Origin: Nitrospirales bacterium
GTDB taxonomy: Bacteria > Nitrospirota > Nitrospiria > Nitrospirales > NS-4
Length of the DNA: 33,266 nt
Assembly (NCBI GenBank): GCA_036170875.1
Contig: JAVHQA010000190.1
Location: 1 to 33,266 of the forward strand
Reading direction: 5' to 3'
Part shown: positions 31,648-33,266 of the stretch, one piece after another
Position numbering within the stretch: the stretch's first letter is position 1
Layout: every line of letters starts with the position of its first letter
Notes under the pieces: model-generated
Databases searched by the model: none
Told to the model about the DNA's origin: nothing
Seen by the model: the letters and a program-made list of their open reading frames with translations, nothing else
Program-made: the position numbers and the translations under genes

Positions 31648-32295
31648 TCAAGCAGACAGATGGAAGGCTTCCTTGATGCCGGTGAGGACGAACTGGACGG
31701 CGATGGCCGCCAGGATGAGTCCCATGACGCGGGTGAAGACGCGCATGCCGGTTTCCTTCAACAGGCGGGTGATCGGAGTCGCGCTGCGCAGGGCGAGGAA
31801 GGCAATCACGACATTGAGGGCGATGGCCAGCAAGAGGATGCCGAACATTGGAATGATGGAGGAGGCTTTTGCCGCCTGGCCGGTGAGGGCAACCACGGTG
31901 GAAATCGCGCCGGGCCCGCTCAACAGGGGAATGGCCAGCGGAATGATGGCGATGTCCTCCCGTTTCGCTCCTTCGGCGTCTTCCTCCGGCGTATGGCGCA
32001 CCCGGGCCGGCTTGGCCTCCATCATGTCGAAGGCGATCTTCAGCAGGAGCAGCCCCGCGACGATGCGGAAGGCCTCGATTGTGACCCCGAAGAACCGGAA
32101 GATCAGGTTGCCGAAGAGCGCGAAGCCCACCAGCACGCCGAAGACGACCAGGACGGCCCGGGTGACCATCGCGGTGCGTTCGGCCTCGGAATTGTGCGGC
32201 GTGATAGAGAGGAAAATGGGAACGTTGCCGACCGGGTCGAGCGTCACGAAGAGCGAGACGAAGGCGGTGACGAAAAACGCGAACAGGGAGTCCAT
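31648..32295 (-). CDS. MarC family (UPF0056) integral membrane protein
   Basis: 215 aa, multi-pass, with DPVGNVPIFLSIT at the N-terminus. Confidence 0.85.
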   Translation of the reverse strand: MDSLFAFFVTAFVSLFVTLDPVGNVPIFLSITPHNSEAERTAMVTRAVLVVFGVLVGFALFGNLIFRFFGVTIEAFRIVAGLLLLKIAFDMMEAKPARVRHTPEEDAEGAKREDIAIIPLAIPLLSGPGAISTVVALTGQAAKASSIIPMFGILLLAIALNVVIAFLALRSATPITRLLKETGMRVFTRVMGLILAAIAVQFVLTGIKEAFHLSA

Positions 32296-33266
32296 CAGCG
32301 ACCTGCCGGCCCGGTCTTGCCGAAGGCGCTCCGCGGGTCTTCAGTCGACAGCTTCGCGAGTTCCGCGTACAGCTCGCGCTCGCGGGGCCCCGCGGTCTTC
32401 GGAGCGATCAGGCCAAGGCGAACGTAGAGATCGCCGCGCGTGCCGTCCCGCTTGGGCAGCCCCTTGCCGCGCAGGCGCAGGCGCTGGGCACACTGGCTCC
32501 CTGGCGGGACGCGCAGCGATACGGGGCCATCCAGGGTGGGCACCGTGACGTCCTCTCCCAGCACGGCCTCCCAGGGCAGCAGGGGCAGGTCCAGCTGGAG
32601 ATCGTTGGGAGACTCCTCGATCAGCGAGTAAAACTGGTGAGGGCGCAGGCTGATCTTCAGGTACAGATCCCCGGGCCGGGCGGCCCGGCCGTTCATCGCA
32701 CCCTGGCCTTTGAGCCGCATGCGCTCTCCCGGCCGCAGACCTTGCGGCAGGGTGATGTCGAGCTCCTTGGGACGCAGATGGCCGGACGCATCCCGCGCCG
32801 TGAGCGTCACGCGCCTGGTACCGCCCTGGGCGAGTTCCTCCAGGGACAGCGTCAATTCCGCCTCCAGGTCGGACCCTTTCTCATGGCCGCTCCGCGTACG
32901 CTCTCCCGTTTCCCAGGGGGCCCCGCTCCGGGAGGACGAGCCGCCGCGGCCGCCGAACATGGCATCAAAAAAGTCGCTGAAGCCTCCGGCAAAGCCTTCG
33001 CCCCCCGTCGTCCACCCGCCGCTCTGCCCGCTTCCAGGGGGCGGCGTGAAGTCCATGCCATCCTTCCAGCGCGCGCCGAGGTGGTTGTACTTCTTCCGCT
33101 TTTCCTGATCGCCGAGGACCTCGTAGGCCTCGTTGATCTCTTTGAATTTCTCCTCCGAGGTTTTCTTCTTCGCCGGGACCGTCTGCATGTCCGGGTGGTA
33201 CTGGCGCGCCAGCTTCCGATAGGCGTCCTTGATCGCCTTCGCGGTGGCGTCGCGCGGAACCCCCAG
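32295..33266 (-). CDS. J-domain co-chaperone (CbpA/DnaJ class without a zinc-finger domain). The 5' end lies beyond the window.
   Basis: The reading frame stays open to 33266: [26 protein letters not shown], with the HPD codons at 33189-33197. This is followed by a G/F-rich linker and DnaJ C-terminal domains. The internal Met at 33188 is not the start. Confidence 0.85.
   Translation of the reverse strand: MGVPRDATAKAIKDAYRKLARQYHPDMQTVPAKKKTSEEKFKEINEAYEVLGDQEKRKKYNHLGARWKDGMDFTPPPGSGQSGGWTTGGEGFAGGFSDFFDAMFGGRGGSSSRSGAPWETGERTRSGHEKGSDLEAELTLSLEELAQGGTRRVTLTARDASGHLRPKELDITLPQGLRPGERMRLKGQGAMNGRAARPGDLYLKISLRPHQFYSLIEESPNDLQLDLPLLPWEAVLGEDVTVPTLDGPVSLRVPPGSQCAQRLRLRGKGLPKRDGTRGDLYVRLGLIAPKTAGPRERELYAELAKLSTEDPRSAFGKTGPAGR

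Noticed and set aside
32295-33188. Treating Met at 33188 as the start of the J-domain protein
   Set aside because: The frame stays open to the window edge and encodes the first part of a J domain, including HPD. The gene is therefore 5'-truncated by the window and is not a short DnaJ-like protein.

Overview
High-GC (about 62-63% in hand-counted lines) bacterial chromosome segment carrying the classic origin-proximal housekeeping block, almost all on the minus strand. In transcription order it runs dnaA-dnaN-gyrB-gyrA, a membrane hypothetical, ssrA (tmRNA), DUF1499-PilZ, rpmH-rnpA-yidD-yidC-mnmE-mnmG-rsmG, parA-parB, three tandem bactofilins, mnmA and atpHAGDC. Only three genes are on the plus strand: a class II Fic protein, a stand-alone cNMP-binding-domain protein, and a DUF721/DciA-type helicase loader. 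Accessory content is small: Fic plus a PIN/RHH toxin-antitoxin pair at the left edge, a PilZ/DUF1499/cNMP-domain trio between rpmH and ssrA, and a low-GC DsrE/F/H (TusBCD)-like cassette just upstream of dnaA. That cassette is followed by hisS, a MarC-family gene and a 5'-truncated J-domain (CbpA-like) gene. I found no rRNA, tRNA, CRISPR array, transposase or integrase. I do not see a convincing new multi-gene system here. The best leads are: (1) a ~112-123 nt structured intergenic element present twice, with compensatory stem changes; (2) two perfect parS palindromes bracketing rsmG, with a bactofilin triplet fused to the parAB operon; (3) an unusual dnaA-upstream region with an inverted DnaA-box pair, a polypyrimidine tract and the low-GC sulfur-relay-like cassette, where oriC placement is unresolved. 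The organism cannot be identified from sequence alone without a database search.
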